Shown here: piece by piece, positions 25,789 through 35,666 of the stretch | Position numbering within the stretch: position 1 is the stretch's first letter | How the letters are laid out: every line of letters begins with the position of its first letter | IMG/VR virus record: IMGVR_UViG_3300032269_000201 | Span: 1 to 40,938 of that record | DNA from: a virus | Lineage: Duplodnaviria; Caudoviricetes | Direction: 5' to 3' (one strand) | DNA length: 40,938 bases | Notes under the pieces: generated by a model | Seen by the model: the letters and a program-made list of their open reading frames with translations, nothing else | Databases searched by the model: none | What the model was told of the DNA's origin: nothing | Program-made: the position numbers and the translations under genes

Positions 25789-26961
25789 ATGGCATACACA
25801 GATTCGTCAGCACTCGCTGGCTTAATCAAAACCGCGTATGACCGCTATGTAGAGTTCGCGCTTCGTTCTCAGCCACTGATTCGTTCAGTAGCCGACAAGC
25901 GCCCTGCTCAGCAAGCAATGCCAGGTTCAAGCGTTGTGTTCTCAATCTACAACGACTTGGCTGCGGCAACATCCGCGCTATCATCAGAAACAACTGACCC
26001 AGATGCAGTAGCACTGTCAGATGTTTCAACCGTTTCAGTATCACTTGCTGAATACGGCAACGCTTCACTTGTAACTCGTAAGTTGCAACTGTTCTCACTA
26101 TCAGATGTTGACCCTGCAGTAGCAGACATCATCGCGTTCAACATGGCTGACTCACTTGACAAGATTGCAATGGAAACATTGCGACAGGGTTCAAATGTTA
26201 TCTATGGTGGCTCACGCACATCAACAGCAACAATCACAGCATCTGACACAATCACTGCTGCCAACATCCGTAAGGCTGTTGCGAAGTTGCGTTCAAACAA
26301 GGCTGTACCTCGTGAAGGTTCACTTTACTGGTGCGGTATCCACCCAGAAGTTTCACACGACCTACGCGCTGAAACAGGCGTTGGCGGATGGAACGACATG
26401 CACAAGTACGCCGAGACAGGCACAGGTCAGTTCTGGCCTGGCACAATCGGAACATTTGAAGGTGCCTACTTTGTAGAAACACCTCGTATGTACCGTGGCA
26501 TAGATGGTGCAGATGGTTCAGCATTTGCTACAACTGCAGTAACTGTTGCTGGTACATCAGCAGGTTACACATTTGGTGTGGCTTCAACATCTGTAATCGC
26601 AACTTCTGCAGAAGCAGGAGATAAGATTTCAGGTACAGGTATTGCATCTGGTGCAAAGATTACATCTTTGGTTACATCAGGTTCAACAACCACAATCACT
26701 GTTGATACTGCTAACACAGCAGCAGTGACAGCGACAACCGTTGTAACAGTAACTCCAGTAGTTGCTAACTACCGCACAATTCTTGCTGGAAAGCAAGCAC
26801 TTGCTGAGGCAGTTGCACAGGAGCCAAATGTTATCATCGGACCAGTCGTTGACCGCTTGATGCGTTTCCGCCCTATCGGTTGGTACGGAGTCCTTGGATT
26901 CTCACTATACCGTCAGGCTGCGTTGTACCGCATTGAGACTGGTTCATCAATCCAGTCATAA
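25789..26961 (+). CDS. Major capsid protein (N4-gp56-like, HK97 fold)
   Basis: EYGN, IHPEV..DL, G.IG.FEG..FVET, DRLMRF...GWYG; AGGAGGT RBS; biased codon usage. Confidence 0.92.
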   Translation: MAYTDSSALAGLIKTAYDRYVEFALRSQPLIRSVADKRPAQQAMPGSSVVFSIYNDLAAATSALSSETTDPDAVALSDVSTVSVSLAEYGNASLVTRKLQLFSLSDVDPAVADIIAFNMADSLDKIAMETLRQGSNVIYGGSRTSTATITASDTITAANIRKAVAKLRSNKAVPREGSLYWCGIHPEVSHDLRAETGVGGWNDMHKYAETGTGQFWPGTIGTFEGAYFVETPRMYRGIDGADGSAFATTAVTVAGTSAGYTFGVASTSVIATSAEAGDKISGTGIASGAKITSLVTSGSTTTITVDTANTAAVTATTVVTVTPVVANYRTILAGKQALAEAVAQEPNVIIGPVVDRLMRFRPIGWYGVLGFSLYRQAALYRIETGSSIQS

Positions 26962-26971
26962 TTTGATAGTG

Positions 26972-26997
26972 GAGGGGGCGGAGCAATCCGCTCCCTC
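26972..26997 (+). terminator. GC-rich hairpin with GCAA tetraloop after the capsid gene (no U tract; attenuator or stabiliser)
   Basis: GAGGGGGCGGA-GCAA-TCCGCTCCCTC. Confidence 0.65.
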
Positions 26998-27018
26998 TAC
27001 ACCCAATAAGGAGAATAA

Positions 27019-27291
27019 ATGGCAGAGTACAAGTTCGTACCACCCACAGTATTTGAAACCCCGATTGCGTGGGACAGACTGTTTATTCGTTACGGTATCC
27101 ACCGTGGAGTTTCTGTCTTAATGATTGATGGACAGTACTCAAGTTATCGTTTCCCCGCTCAAACAGATATTGCAGCATCTAGCGAACATTACCTAGGTGG
27201 ACATGAATACATTATCAATGAAGCAACTAAGAATCGCTTAACCGATGCTTCTATCGGTGGCGTATATGGGGAGAACATAACACCACTATGA
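27019..27291 (+). CDS. Hypothetical virion-associated protein
   Basis: AAGGAG RBS; YLGGH.Y motif. Confidence 0.75.
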   Translation: MAEYKFVPPTVFETPIAWDRLFIRYGIHRGVSVLMIDGQYSSYRFPAQTDIAASSEHYLGGHEYIINEATKNRLTDASIGGVYGENITPL

Positions 27292-27560
27292 GCCTACATC
27301 AAAGAACTACACACCCTGAGTTTGTTGAAGGGTGCTTTGGTTGCAAGATTGCTACATTGGAATTAGGTACTGGCGATGCTGGTAGACCTGAATCAATGTC
27401 ACAAAAGAAGTGGAATAAAGAACTTAATCTTTACAAGACTGCGCGTGACCAAGGTATACAGCCAGAAGGTACATCAACAAAACAAATTCAAAAAGCAATA
27501 GATGTTTCCAACAAAGTTGGCAAAGCATTTGATGCAAACACGGGGGGATTTAAGGGATGA
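27288..27560 (+). CDS. Hypothetical protein (H..HP....CFGC)
   Basis: ATGA coupling. Confidence 0.75.
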   Translation: MSLHQRTTHPEFVEGCFGCKIATLELGTGDAGRPESMSQKKWNKELNLYKTARDQGIQPEGTSTKQIQKAIDVSNKVGKAFDANTGGFKG

Positions 27561-28120
27561 CTGCAATCGTAGGTATTCAGGGAAAAGATTGGGCAATGCT
27601 TGCCTCAGATTCCATGACTTCCTATGACGACAGACCTTTCTATGCCAAGGGTATGAACAAAGTTACCGAGCGTGGCGAATATCTATTTGCCGTAGCAGGG
27701 GATGCTTTAGCGGGTGACATAGCAAATTCACTATGGATGCCACCACGAGTATCTAAGACCATGAGCACTAATGATTTTGTAATGACAAAGGTATTGCCAT
27801 CGTTTAAGGCAGCCTGCGTTGCTTACAACTATAACCCCAATAACAAAGAAGATAAAGATGCTGGCTTTGATATGTTGCTTTGTATCAACGCAACCATCTA
27901 TCAAATAGATTCTGGCTTTGGCTGGATGCGAGATGACCGTGGCTTATATGCCATTGGCTCAGGCGGAGAACTTGCCTTGGGAGCCTTGGCTGCACTAGCA
28001 GCAAATGAACAAAGCATAACAAATGCTCAGTCTATAGCCGAGCGTGCTATCCAAATTTCTGCCGAGTACAACATCTATGTCGGTGGAGAATTACAACTTA
28101 AGACACAAAAGGGGAAATAA
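27557..28120 (+). CDS. Ntn-hydrolase, HslV/proteasome-beta-like peptidase
   Basis: N-terminal Thr (MTAIVG...ASDS), K at the nucleophile-activating position, AIGSGG..ALGAL. Confidence 0.85.
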   Translation: MTAIVGIQGKDWAMLASDSMTSYDDRPFYAKGMNKVTERGEYLFAVAGDALAGDIANSLWMPPRVSKTMSTNDFVMTKVLPSFKAACVAYNYNPNNKEDKDAGFDMLLCINATIYQIDSGFGWMRDDRGLYAIGSGGELALGALAALAANEQSITNAQSIAERAIQISAEYNIYVGGELQLKTQKGK

Positions 28121-28121
28121 A

Positions 28122-28289
28122 ATGGCAGCAGCAAAGAAAGTTTCAAAAAAGGCAGCATACGCAATGTTTGAAAAGAAAGAACCAGCCAAAACAAAGAAGG
28201 CTGAAATGAAGAAGCCTGAATCTAAAGGTGAAAAGGCTCGTGAAACTAGAGTTGGTATGGCAATGATGATGAAGAAAAAGGGTAAGTAA
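28122..28289 (+). CDS. Small Lys-rich basic protein (MAAAKKVSKK...)
   Basis: AAGGGG RBS before the ATG. Confidence 0.75.
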   Translation: MAAAKKVSKKAAYAMFEKKEPAKTKKAEMKKPESKGEKARETRVGMAMMMKKKGK

Positions 28290-28291
28290 TT

Positions 28292-28414
28292 ATGTGTAAA
28301 CAATGCGGATGCGGAAGTGCACAGACAAATCAAGATGACAACTTTGGAACAGTTAACCCTTATGGTATCAAGGGTGCCCCAGTTAATTCGCCTACTACTC
28401 TTGGACAGAAGTAA
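28292..28414 (+). CDS. Small protein, 40 aa (MCKQCGCG...)
   Basis: Translated by hand; fills the gap between genes. Confidence 0.65.
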   Translation: MCKQCGCGSAQTNQDDNFGTVNPYGIKGAPVNSPTTLGQK

Positions 28415-28428
28415 GGTTAAAGGAAAAA

Positions 28429-28686
28429 ATGACAGACCCTAGACTAAAGCGAGCAGGAGTGGCTGGTTTTAATAAGCCTAAGCGCACACCAAGTCATCCA
28501 ACAAAGTCACATGTAGTTGTGGCTAAATCTGGTGACCAGGTTAAAACTATTCGCTTTGGTCAACAGGGTGTTACTGGAGATAAAACTCCAACAGCACGAC
28601 AAAAATCATTTAAGGCTCGTCACGCTAAGAACATTGCTAAAGGTCCAATGAGCGCAGCGTATTGGGCAGACAAGGTGAAGTGGTAA
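28429..28686 (+). CDS. Conserved basic phage protein (NKPKRTP.HP.KSH...IRFGQQG...SF.ARH type)
   Basis: Motif pattern I recognise from aquatic phages; AAGG RBS. Confidence 0.75.
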   Translation: MTDPRLKRAGVAGFNKPKRTPSHPTKSHVVVAKSGDQVKTIRFGQQGVTGDKTPTARQKSFKARHAKNIAKGPMSAAYWADKVKW

Positions 28687-28688
28687 TT

Positions 28689-28964
28689 ATGGCTACAGGT
28701 TACGATGGCTCTACGCTCGTTGCTGAATTAAACAGACTTGCCAATGCTGGCACATACCCAGCCCGTACTGCTTTTCTTGAAGCACCAGGAGCAGCCAACC
28801 GATGGGCTGGTACCACTGGCAAAGACTTGTTAGGTGCGCTTAATTACAAGGCTGATTCAACTCGTCAACCAAATAACTATAAAGGTTTAAATGCAGTATG
28901 TAATGAACTTGCTAGTACCACTGGTAAGTCAGCCGTGTCAGCGTTAAGGAGCATTAACCTGTGA
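28689..28964 (+). CDS. Hypothetical protein
   Basis: ATG just after the upstream stop; GTGA overlap downstream. Confidence 0.7.
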   Translation: MATGYDGSTLVAELNRLANAGTYPARTAFLEAPGAANRWAGTTGKDLLGALNYKADSTRQPNNYKGLNAVCNELASTTGKSAVSALRSINL

Positions 28965-29878
28965 GTACCTTAGAACAGATGACTGACCGTATTGAGACAC
29001 TTCTCCACGGCTACAGCATGAACACAGAATCAACTACTTGGCTTACTGCTGCTGTTACAAATGGCACAGCCACTAGCATCTCAGTTAATGATGCAAGCGT
29101 AGTTAGCCGTGGCTTTATTCAAATTGATGATGAGTTAATGTATGTCAATAGCACCAACAACATTGACAATGTACTTACTCTTGCCCCTTGGGGTCGTGGG
29201 CAGCGTGGCTCAGTTGCTGTAGCGCATAGTAACTTGGCTAAAATAATTGTTGCTCCAGTATTTCCACGCTATGAAATCAAGAAGGCTATCAATGACAGCC
29301 TTAACTCCATATACCCTCAGGTATTTGGTATTGGTCAGTATCAGTTTAATTACATTGCTGCTCGCACAACCTATGATATTCCAGATGCAGTAGAAAACAT
29401 TTTAAATGTAACCCACGCAGTTATTGGTCCATCTAAAGAATGGATGCCAGTGCGTGCATGGCAGATTGACCGTACTGCTAACCCAACAGCATTTGGCGAT
29501 GGCACTAACTTTGGAAGAAGCCTTAGTGTGTATTCACCTATTGTTCCAGGGCGTACAGTTAATGTGGCTTACTCAAAGCGCCCAACACTTTTTGATATTA
29601 ACTCAGCAACATCACAAGAGATGTCAACTGTTACTGGCTTGCCAGCGTATGCAGAAGATGTGCTAATTTATGGAGCAGCCTTCCGTATGGTTTCTTTCCT
29701 TGACCCAGCACGCTTGGGTCCATTGTCTGCAGAAGCAGATGTTCTTGACAACCAGCGTGGAGCAGGAAGCGGTGCTAATGCAGCACGCTTCTTATTCAAT
29801 GTATACAACACTCGTCTAAACGAAGTGGCGGAGAACATGCGCCGTCAATTCCCCGTTCGTTCACACTACCAGAGATAA
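28961..29878 (+). CDS. Putative tail adaptor (tubular protein A-like)
   Basis: Position; GFIQIDDE..RG..G..A.AH domain plus AINDSLN/YDIP adaptor-like motifs. Confidence 0.6.
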   Translation: MSTLEQMTDRIETLLHGYSMNTESTTWLTAAVTNGTATSISVNDASVVSRGFIQIDDELMYVNSTNNIDNVLTLAPWGRGQRGSVAVAHSNLAKIIVAPVFPRYEIKKAINDSLNSIYPQVFGIGQYQFNYIAARTTYDIPDAVENILNVTHAVIGPSKEWMPVRAWQIDRTANPTAFGDGTNFGRSLSVYSPIVPGRTVNVAYSKRPTLFDINSATSQEMSTVTGLPAYAEDVLIYGAAFRMVSFLDPARLGPLSAEADVLDNQRGAGSGANAARFLFNVYNTRLNEVAENMRRQFPVRSHYQR

Positions 29879-29887
29879 GGCACCCAC

Positions 29888-32422
29888 ATGGCAGCAGGAG
29901 ACCCAGGCGTACTAAAGCGGAACTTTTCCGCCGTTGCAATTCAGACAACGCTAGTTAACACAATTTCATCAGCAGCAACTGGCGATACAACAACAAGCGT
30001 TGCCGTAGCATCTGTCAGCGGTTTCCCATCAACAGTTCCTTACACACTTATTCTTGACCCAGATGGCTCAAAAGAAGAAGTTGTAACGGTAACCGCTGCT
30101 ACCTCAACCACTCTTACTATTACCCGTGGACAAGACAATACTCCTGCAGTAGCACATGCTGCTGGTACATCTGTGCGCCATGGTATTTCTGCTCGTGACT
30201 TCAAAGAAGAACAAACTCACATTGCTGCGCGTGGTTATGATGCTGACACCGCTATTCTTTCAAGCGCTGGTATCACACATGTTCACGGACTTGTATCGGG
30301 CGATGGTTCAGTAGTTGGTTCTACCCAGGCTGTAACTCTTACTCGTAAGACATTAGGTACTGGCACATCTATTAGTTCAACTGTTGATAACTCAAGCGGA
30401 ACAATCTCTGGCGGAACAATTACTACTGCCACTGTTACTGCTTCAACAGTTAGAAGTTCAACATTAACTAGCGATACACTTGGCTCTGATTTAGCAGCGG
30501 GTGGATTCCTTGTCACTGGCTTAGGCGCTCCAGTCAATGCCAATGACTCAACACGAAAGGCTTATGTTGACGGAATCCTTGGTTCAGCAACCGCTGCCTC
30601 TACATCTGCCACAAGCGCAGCAACAAGCGCAACAAGTGCAGCAACATCAGCAACTAGCGCAGCAGCAAGTGCCACAGCATCTGCTGCAAGTGCCAGTGCT
30701 GCAGCAACAAGTGCTTCCTCTGCGTTAACATCACAGACTGCTGCTGCTACCAGTGCTACTAGCGCTGCTGCTAGTGCTACGGCTGCTGCTACTAGCGCGA
30801 CCAGCGCTGCAGCCTCTGCTACAACAGCATCTAACTCTGCTGCTACAGCCACAACACAGGCTGGCAACGCTGCGACCTCAGCATCGTCTGCTGCTACAAG
30901 TGCAGCCAGTGCTGCTACATCAGCGACAGCATCTGCAACTTCTGCTGGTGCATCAGCAACATCTGCTACCGCAGCAGCAACCAGCGCAACTAGCGCTGCT
31001 GCTAGTGCAACTGCTTCTGCTGCAAGTGCAACCGCTGCAGCCACATCAGCAACTTCCGCAGCGGCATCGGCAACGACAGCATCAAACTCTGCAGCCACTG
31101 CTACAACTCAGGCTGCTAATGCTGTTACATCTGCAGCCTCTGCTTTAGTAAGTCAAACTGCTGCTGCAACTAGCGCCACAAGTGCTGCTGCTTCTGCAAC
31201 GGCTGCTGCTACAAGTGCTACATCTGCTTCTGCATCGGCTACCGCTGCTGCTACATCAGCAACTAGCGCTGCTGCATCAGCCACTGCTGCTGCGACTTCG
31301 GCTACATCCGCTGCTGCTTCTGCTACTACAGCATCTAACTCTGCAGCCACAGCAACTACTCAGGCTGGTAACGCATCTGCCTCAGCAACTGCAGCAGCAA
31401 CATCTGCTACCAGTGCTGCAGCATCTGCTACTGCAGCAGCAACTTCTGCTACTAGCGCTGCCACTTCTGCATCATCTGCTTTAACAAGTCAGACAGCAGC
31501 AGCCACCTCAGCAACATCGGCTGCCACATCTGCTACATCAGCAGCAACAACTTACACAGCCTATGACCAGCGTTACCTTGGTTCTAAGGCATCAGCACCT
31601 ACAGTTGATAACTTAGGCAATGCTCTTATTGTTGGTGCTACATACTGGAGCACAAGCCTTAACAATATGTATGTGTGGTCAGGTTCTGCTTGGGTGCAAA
31701 TTGCTACTACATCTATTTATACAGCACCTACTCTTGGCAGCACAACACTTGCATCAGGCACAACTTACTCAACAGTAACTGGTCTTACTCTTAGCAGTGG
31801 ATTAGCAACAGCAGACCCAACCGCAGCATTAGGTCTTGCTACTAAGCAATATGTAGATGCTGTTACAGTTGGTACTAATTTCCATGCTCCAGTAGTTGTT
31901 GCAACAAATACAAACATTACTGCTACATATAGTAATGGTACCTCTGGTGTTGGAGCAACACTTACAGTTACAGCAACTGGTGCCTTTGTTATTGACGGTG
32001 TAACAACAGCACTTAACAATCGTATTCTTATCAAAGACCAAACAACACAAACACAAAATGGTATCTATACAGTAACCACTGCAGGTACAACTGGAGTTAG
32101 CGCAGTTCTTACTCGTGCCTTAGATTATGACAATAGCGTTCCTGGTGAAGTTGCCAATGGCGATGTTGTTTTTACAACTGGCGGTACAATCAACACTGGT
32201 AAAACTTTTGTAAATACATCTGTTGGAACAGTTACTATTGGAACTACATCAATTACATTTAGTGCTTATTACACAGGACTTCCTTTACAAACTGGTAATG
32301 CTGGTTTATATTTAACTACTGATGGAACAGCACCTTCATGGGCAGCAATTAATTTAGCAGCCTATGAAACTATTTCTGCTCACAATGATGACCTCATCCT
32401 CGCCCTTATGGGCGCTTACTAG
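29888..32422 (+). CDS. Tail fibre protein with long Ala/Thr/Ser repeat shaft
   Basis: ATSA repeats; ATKQYVD and RILIKDQ...QNGIY...LTRA.D fibre motifs. Confidence 0.85.
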   Translation: MAAGDPGVLKRNFSAVAIQTTLVNTISSAATGDTTTSVAVASVSGFPSTVPYTLILDPDGSKEEVVTVTAATSTTLTITRGQDNTPAVAHAAGTSVRHGISARDFKEEQTHIAARGYDADTAILSSAGITHVHGLVSGDGSVVGSTQAVTLTRKTLGTGTSISSTVDNSSGTISGGTITTATVTASTVRSSTLTSDTLGSDLAAGGFLVTGLGAPVNANDSTRKAYVDGILGSATAASTSATSAATSATSAATSATSAAASATASAASASAAATSASSALTSQTAAATSATSAAASATAAATSATSAAASATTASNSAATATTQAGNAATSASSAATSAASAATSATASATSAGASATSATAAATSATSAAASATASAASATAAATSATSAAASATTASNSAATATTQAANAVTSAASALVSQTAAATSATSAAASATAAATSATSASASATAAATSATSAAASATAAATSATSAAASATTASNSAATATTQAGNASASATAAATSATSAAASATAAATSATSAATSASSALTSQTAAATSATSAATSATSAATTYTAYDQRYLGSKASAPTVDNLGNALIVGATYWSTSLNNMYVWSGSAWVQIATTSIYTAPTLGSTTLASGTTYSTVTGLTLSSGLATADPTAALGLATKQYVDAVTVGTNFHAPVVVATNTNITATYSNGTSGVGATLTVTATGAFVIDGVTTALNNRILIKDQTTQTQNGIYTVTTAGTTGVSAVLTRALDYDNSVPGEVANGDVVFTTGGTINTGKTFVNTSVGTVTIGTTSITFSAYYTGLPLQTGNAGLYLTTDGTAPSWAAINLAAYETISAHNDDLILALMGAY
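30586..31550 (+). repeat. Coding repeat (ATSAAASATAA)n, heptad-like
   Basis: About 320 codons that are almost all Ala/Thr/Ser. Confidence 0.95.
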
Positions 32423-32439
32423 AAAGGCTACAGTAACTA

Positions 32440-32754
32440 ATGGCTGTAAACCAAAAAGCGCTGGCTCGTATAGCAGCAGCAACATCAAGTGCAACCCTAT
32501 ACACAGTACCAAGTACAACGGCAGTGGCGGTAGTAACAAACATTGTTATTGCTAATGCTGCTACCTCAGCATCAACAGCAACTATTGCTATTGATGGAGT
32601 AGTGCTTGTACCAGCAGTATCTATTGCTGCTAACACATTTGCTGGGTTTGACATCAAACAAGTTATCCCTGCCAATGCTACGCCTAAAACAATTACAGGC
32701 TTTGCATCAACAACTGCAGTTACATTTCACATTAGCGGAGTGGAGATAGCGTAA
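32440..32754 (+). CDS. Small tail-fibre-associated beta protein
   Basis: TLYTVP...FHISGVEI motif between fibre genes. Confidence 0.7.
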   Translation: MAVNQKALARIAAATSSATLYTVPSTTAVAVVTNIVIANAATSASTATIAIDGVVLVPAVSIAANTFAGFDIKQVIPANATPKTITGFASTTAVTFHISGVEIA

Positions 32755-33881
32755 TGGGTATCAATACATTTCCAGCATCATCAACAGGAGCAATTTCTTT
32801 TGGTACTACAGCAGGTAGACCTTCAGCACCAGCAATTGGGCAGCCATACTTTAATGGAACTGTAGGTGTTCTTGAAGTTGCTACCACTACTAGTGGTGCA
32901 TTTGTTTCTATTGCATCACAATTAGTACCTGCTCCAACAGTTGCTCCTACAGTTACACAAAGCACATCAGGTACTTCTGCAATACTAACAACCACTGCAA
33001 ATGTTTCATTTAGTGCAGTTTCACCTTCTGGCAATGTTGCTATTATTGACAGTTATGTTGTATCTGCAGCGACAACTGGTGGAACGGTTGTATCTACAGC
33101 AACAACAACTTCACTAAGTTGTACAATTACTGGTTTAACTTCTGGAACACAATACAATTTCACTTATGTAGCAAAATCTGGAAGTTCTAGTTCTGCTGCA
33201 TCACCGATAACATTATTTAGAGCACCAACAGTTACAGTTATTACTAGCAGTTCAACTTACACAATTCCTTATACTGCAACATTTACTTTAATTGCCATTG
33301 GCGGCGGAGGCGGTTCGGGAAGTTCTGGCAATGTTGCCAACGGTGGCGGTTCAGGGCGTTTGACAGCAGCAACTACAAGTTGCACCTCTGGAGATTCAAT
33401 CGTTGTCACCCTTGGCGGTGGCGGTAGTGCTTATGGTGATGCTGGCGGAGCAACTACTATGGTTAGAGGTGGAGTAACACTTGCCTCTGGTGCTGGTGGA
33501 GATGGCGGTCGAGGCTCAGGCACAGGAGCAGGTGGCTCAGGTGGCGGTGGTGGCGGTGACGGCTCAGGTGGTGCGTATCCAGGTCCTGGCGGATACTGGG
33601 GCAGTAACGGTAGTAAAAACGCTGGTGGCGGTTCTGCTGTTGGTGCTGGACAATTAGGCGTAGCCTATGGTTTAGGAACTGACACTAGAATCCCATCTGG
33701 TGGTGCTGGTTCTTATGCTGGCAATAATGGCACAGCATGGGCTGGACTTTATGGCAGCGGTGGCGGGTTAAGTGCTGCTGCAAATGAAAATGGTATTCAA
33801 CGCGGTGGCGGTGGAGGTGGCGCAACTTGGGCGCAACCAGGTAGAACTGGTAACACTGGCATTGCTGCTATTGTGGGTTAA
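32754..33881 (+). CDS. Tail fibre / receptor-binding protein (Fn3-like plus Gly-rich domain)
   Basis: ITGLTSGTQYNF Fn3 signature; GGGGG repeats. Confidence 0.8.
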   Translation: MGINTFPASSTGAISFGTTAGRPSAPAIGQPYFNGTVGVLEVATTTSGAFVSIASQLVPAPTVAPTVTQSTSGTSAILTTTANVSFSAVSPSGNVAIIDSYVVSAATTGGTVVSTATTTSLSCTITGLTSGTQYNFTYVAKSGSSSSAASPITLFRAPTVTVITSSSTYTIPYTATFTLIAIGGGGGSGSSGNVANGGGSGRLTAATTSCTSGDSIVVTLGGGGSAYGDAGGATTMVRGGVTLASGAGGDGGRGSGTGAGGSGGGGGGDGSGGAYPGPGGYWGSNGSKNAGGGSAVGAGQLGVAYGLGTDTRIPSGGAGSYAGNNGTAWAGLYGSGGGLSAAANENGIQRGGGGGGATWAQPGRTGNTGIAAIVG

Positions 33882-33892
33882 AGGAGATAACT

Positions 33893-34237
33893 ATGGAATA
33901 CGCAATCATTAATTCAAACAACATTGTTGAAAACATTATTTATTTTGACGATGAACCAACAGACATAACACCGTTTTTAGATGCACAAAAAACTGCATTT
34001 AATAATCAAGATTTAACTGCTATAAAAATTACACCAGAATATACTGTATATGGAATTGGTAATGTATTTAATGGTGAAAGATTTATGCCAGCACAACCAT
34101 ATCCTTCATGGATTTGGGATGAAACAAAATACTTTTGGGTTGCACCTAAAATACACCCAGAACTTTTGTATGGCAACAATGGCGCAGTTTGGGTATGGGA
34201 TGAGGAGAACTTGGAGTGGATAGCAACAAGACGGTAA
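33893..34237 (+). CDS. Tail-fibre-associated (chaperone-like) protein
   Basis: YA.I..N.V.N...F.P.QPYPSW.WDE...W.AP; follows the Gly-rich fibre. Confidence 0.65.
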   Translation: MEYAIINSNNIVENIIYFDDEPTDITPFLDAQKTAFNNQDLTAIKITPEYTVYGIGNVFNGERFMPAQPYPSWIWDETKYFWVAPKIHPELLYGNNGAVWVWDEENLEWIATRR

Positions 34238-34923
34238 AACCTATTTGGTTTTTTCACATCCCCAAAACTAGCGGTAGGTTTTTCTATGCCAATTCAGTAC
34301 GAGTCCTTGAACAAGAACTTGTAATAAACGGTAAACAATACGGTGACATCCTGCATGGGCACGGGCACTTATCGTTTAAACCATTGGATGGTAAGAACAT
34401 CTTAAGTTTTTCTACATTAAGAGAACCTGTGGCTAGAACAGTAAGTCATTATCAACACATTTACTTCAACACCTTTGATGCAGCAACGGCTGACTTAGAG
34501 GTGGAGAAAAAGAAAATGCTTGATTTCTTATTTGAAAATCCAAACAAAGGAATCATTGACTATCAAACAAAGTTTGTTTCATACAGTGGTGACTCATACA
34601 TGATTCACATAGATGAACATGAACTAAAGGATAGCGTGTCTAACGAGGACTTGCTTTTAGCAAAGCAACGAATCAAGTCTGTTGACTACCTATTCAAGAC
34701 AGAGGAAATGTCACACGAGATAACAAAGAAGTGTTTAAACATTATGCGTGAACACCTTGGCGTTACTGAGAGTGAACCGTACTTTGAAACAACTACGCAC
34801 AACATAAGTAATCCAAACTCTAAGTTGCTGTATGACAACTTAACTCCAAAGGAAAAGGCAATGATTGAAAATCTAATGCCAAATGACATGGAGTTGTATT
34901 ACTCAGCGGAGTGGACAAAATGA
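34216..34923 (+). CDS. PAPS-dependent sulfotransferase (Sulfotransfer_2-like)
   Basis: 5'-PSB FFHIPKTSGR, 3'-PB LREPVARTVSHY, C-terminal D.ELY. Confidence 0.88.
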   Translation: MDSNKTVKPIWFFHIPKTSGRFFYANSVRVLEQELVINGKQYGDILHGHGHLSFKPLDGKNILSFSTLREPVARTVSHYQHIYFNTFDAATADLEVEKKKMLDFLFENPNKGIIDYQTKFVSYSGDSYMIHIDEHELKDSVSNEDLLLAKQRIKSVDYLFKTEEMSHEITKKCLNIMREHLGVTESEPYFETTTHNISNPNSKLLYDNLTPKEKAMIENLMPNDMELYYSAEWTK

Positions 34924-35666
34924 TTATTCAAATCATTGGTCTGCCTGGCAGTGGCAAGACAACACTTGCTACTGCTTTGGCTGACCGCATCAACGCTGTA
35001 CATTTAAACGCTGATTATGTACGGGCAACCATTAACTCTGACTTAGGCTTTACGCCTGAGGATAGAGTTGAACATGCCCGCCGTCTTGGTGAGATGGCTA
35101 AGATGCTATCTAGCCAAGGCTTGGATATTGTTGTTGACTTCATCTGCCCTACCGCTGCTACTCGCGCAGCCTTTGGTAAGCCTGACATCTGTATCTGGAT
35201 GGACACCATTACCGAGGGTCGCTTTGAGGACACTAACAAACTTTGGGAAACACCTACTGAGTTTGATTATCATTTTGTGTCTTACGACAGCAAGGGTCAA
35301 ACAGATTTAATCATTGCTCAGTCTGAACTACATGACTGGAAAGCACCCACTACTTTGTTGCTTGGTCGTTATCAACCATGGCACGAGGGACATCACGCAC
35401 TATTGGAGAAGGCACATGAGCGTACAGCACAGGTTGTTATTGGCGTTAGGGATACTTACGGAACTTCCGAGAAAGACCCTTTGCCTTATCAAGAAGTTGC
35501 TACTCGGATACGAGCCAAAGAACGGTCATCTTTTGTTGTGAAGTTTCCAAACATTACAAACATAGTTTATGGGCGTGATGTTGGATACAAGATTGAACAA
35601 GTAGAACTTTCCCAAGAACTGCAATCTATTTCTGCTACACAGAAAAGAAAAGAGTTGGGACTGTGA
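34920..35666 (+). CDS. cysC: Adenylylsulfate (APS) kinase fused to a HIGH-family nucleotidyltransferase domain
   Basis: GLPGSGKTTLA, LNAD.VR, DLGF..EDR.E..RR; then GRYQPWHEGH and ISAT..R. Confidence 0.85.
   Translation: MIIQIIGLPGSGKTTLATALADRINAVHLNADYVRATINSDLGFTPEDRVEHARRLGEMAKMLSSQGLDIVVDFICPTAATRAAFGKPDICIWMDTITEGRFEDTNKLWETPTEFDYHFVSYDSKGQTDLIIAQSELHDWKAPTTLLLGRYQPWHEGHHALLEKAHERTAQVVIGVRDTYGTSEKDPLPYQEVATRIRAKERSSFVVKFPNITNIVYGRDVGYKIEQVELSQELQSISATQKRKELGL

Noticed and set aside
30283-31484. Antisense and alternate-frame ORFs over the ATSA repeat (also at 21837-22139 and 23246-23464)
   Set aside because: Shadows of low-complexity coding repeats; no RBS
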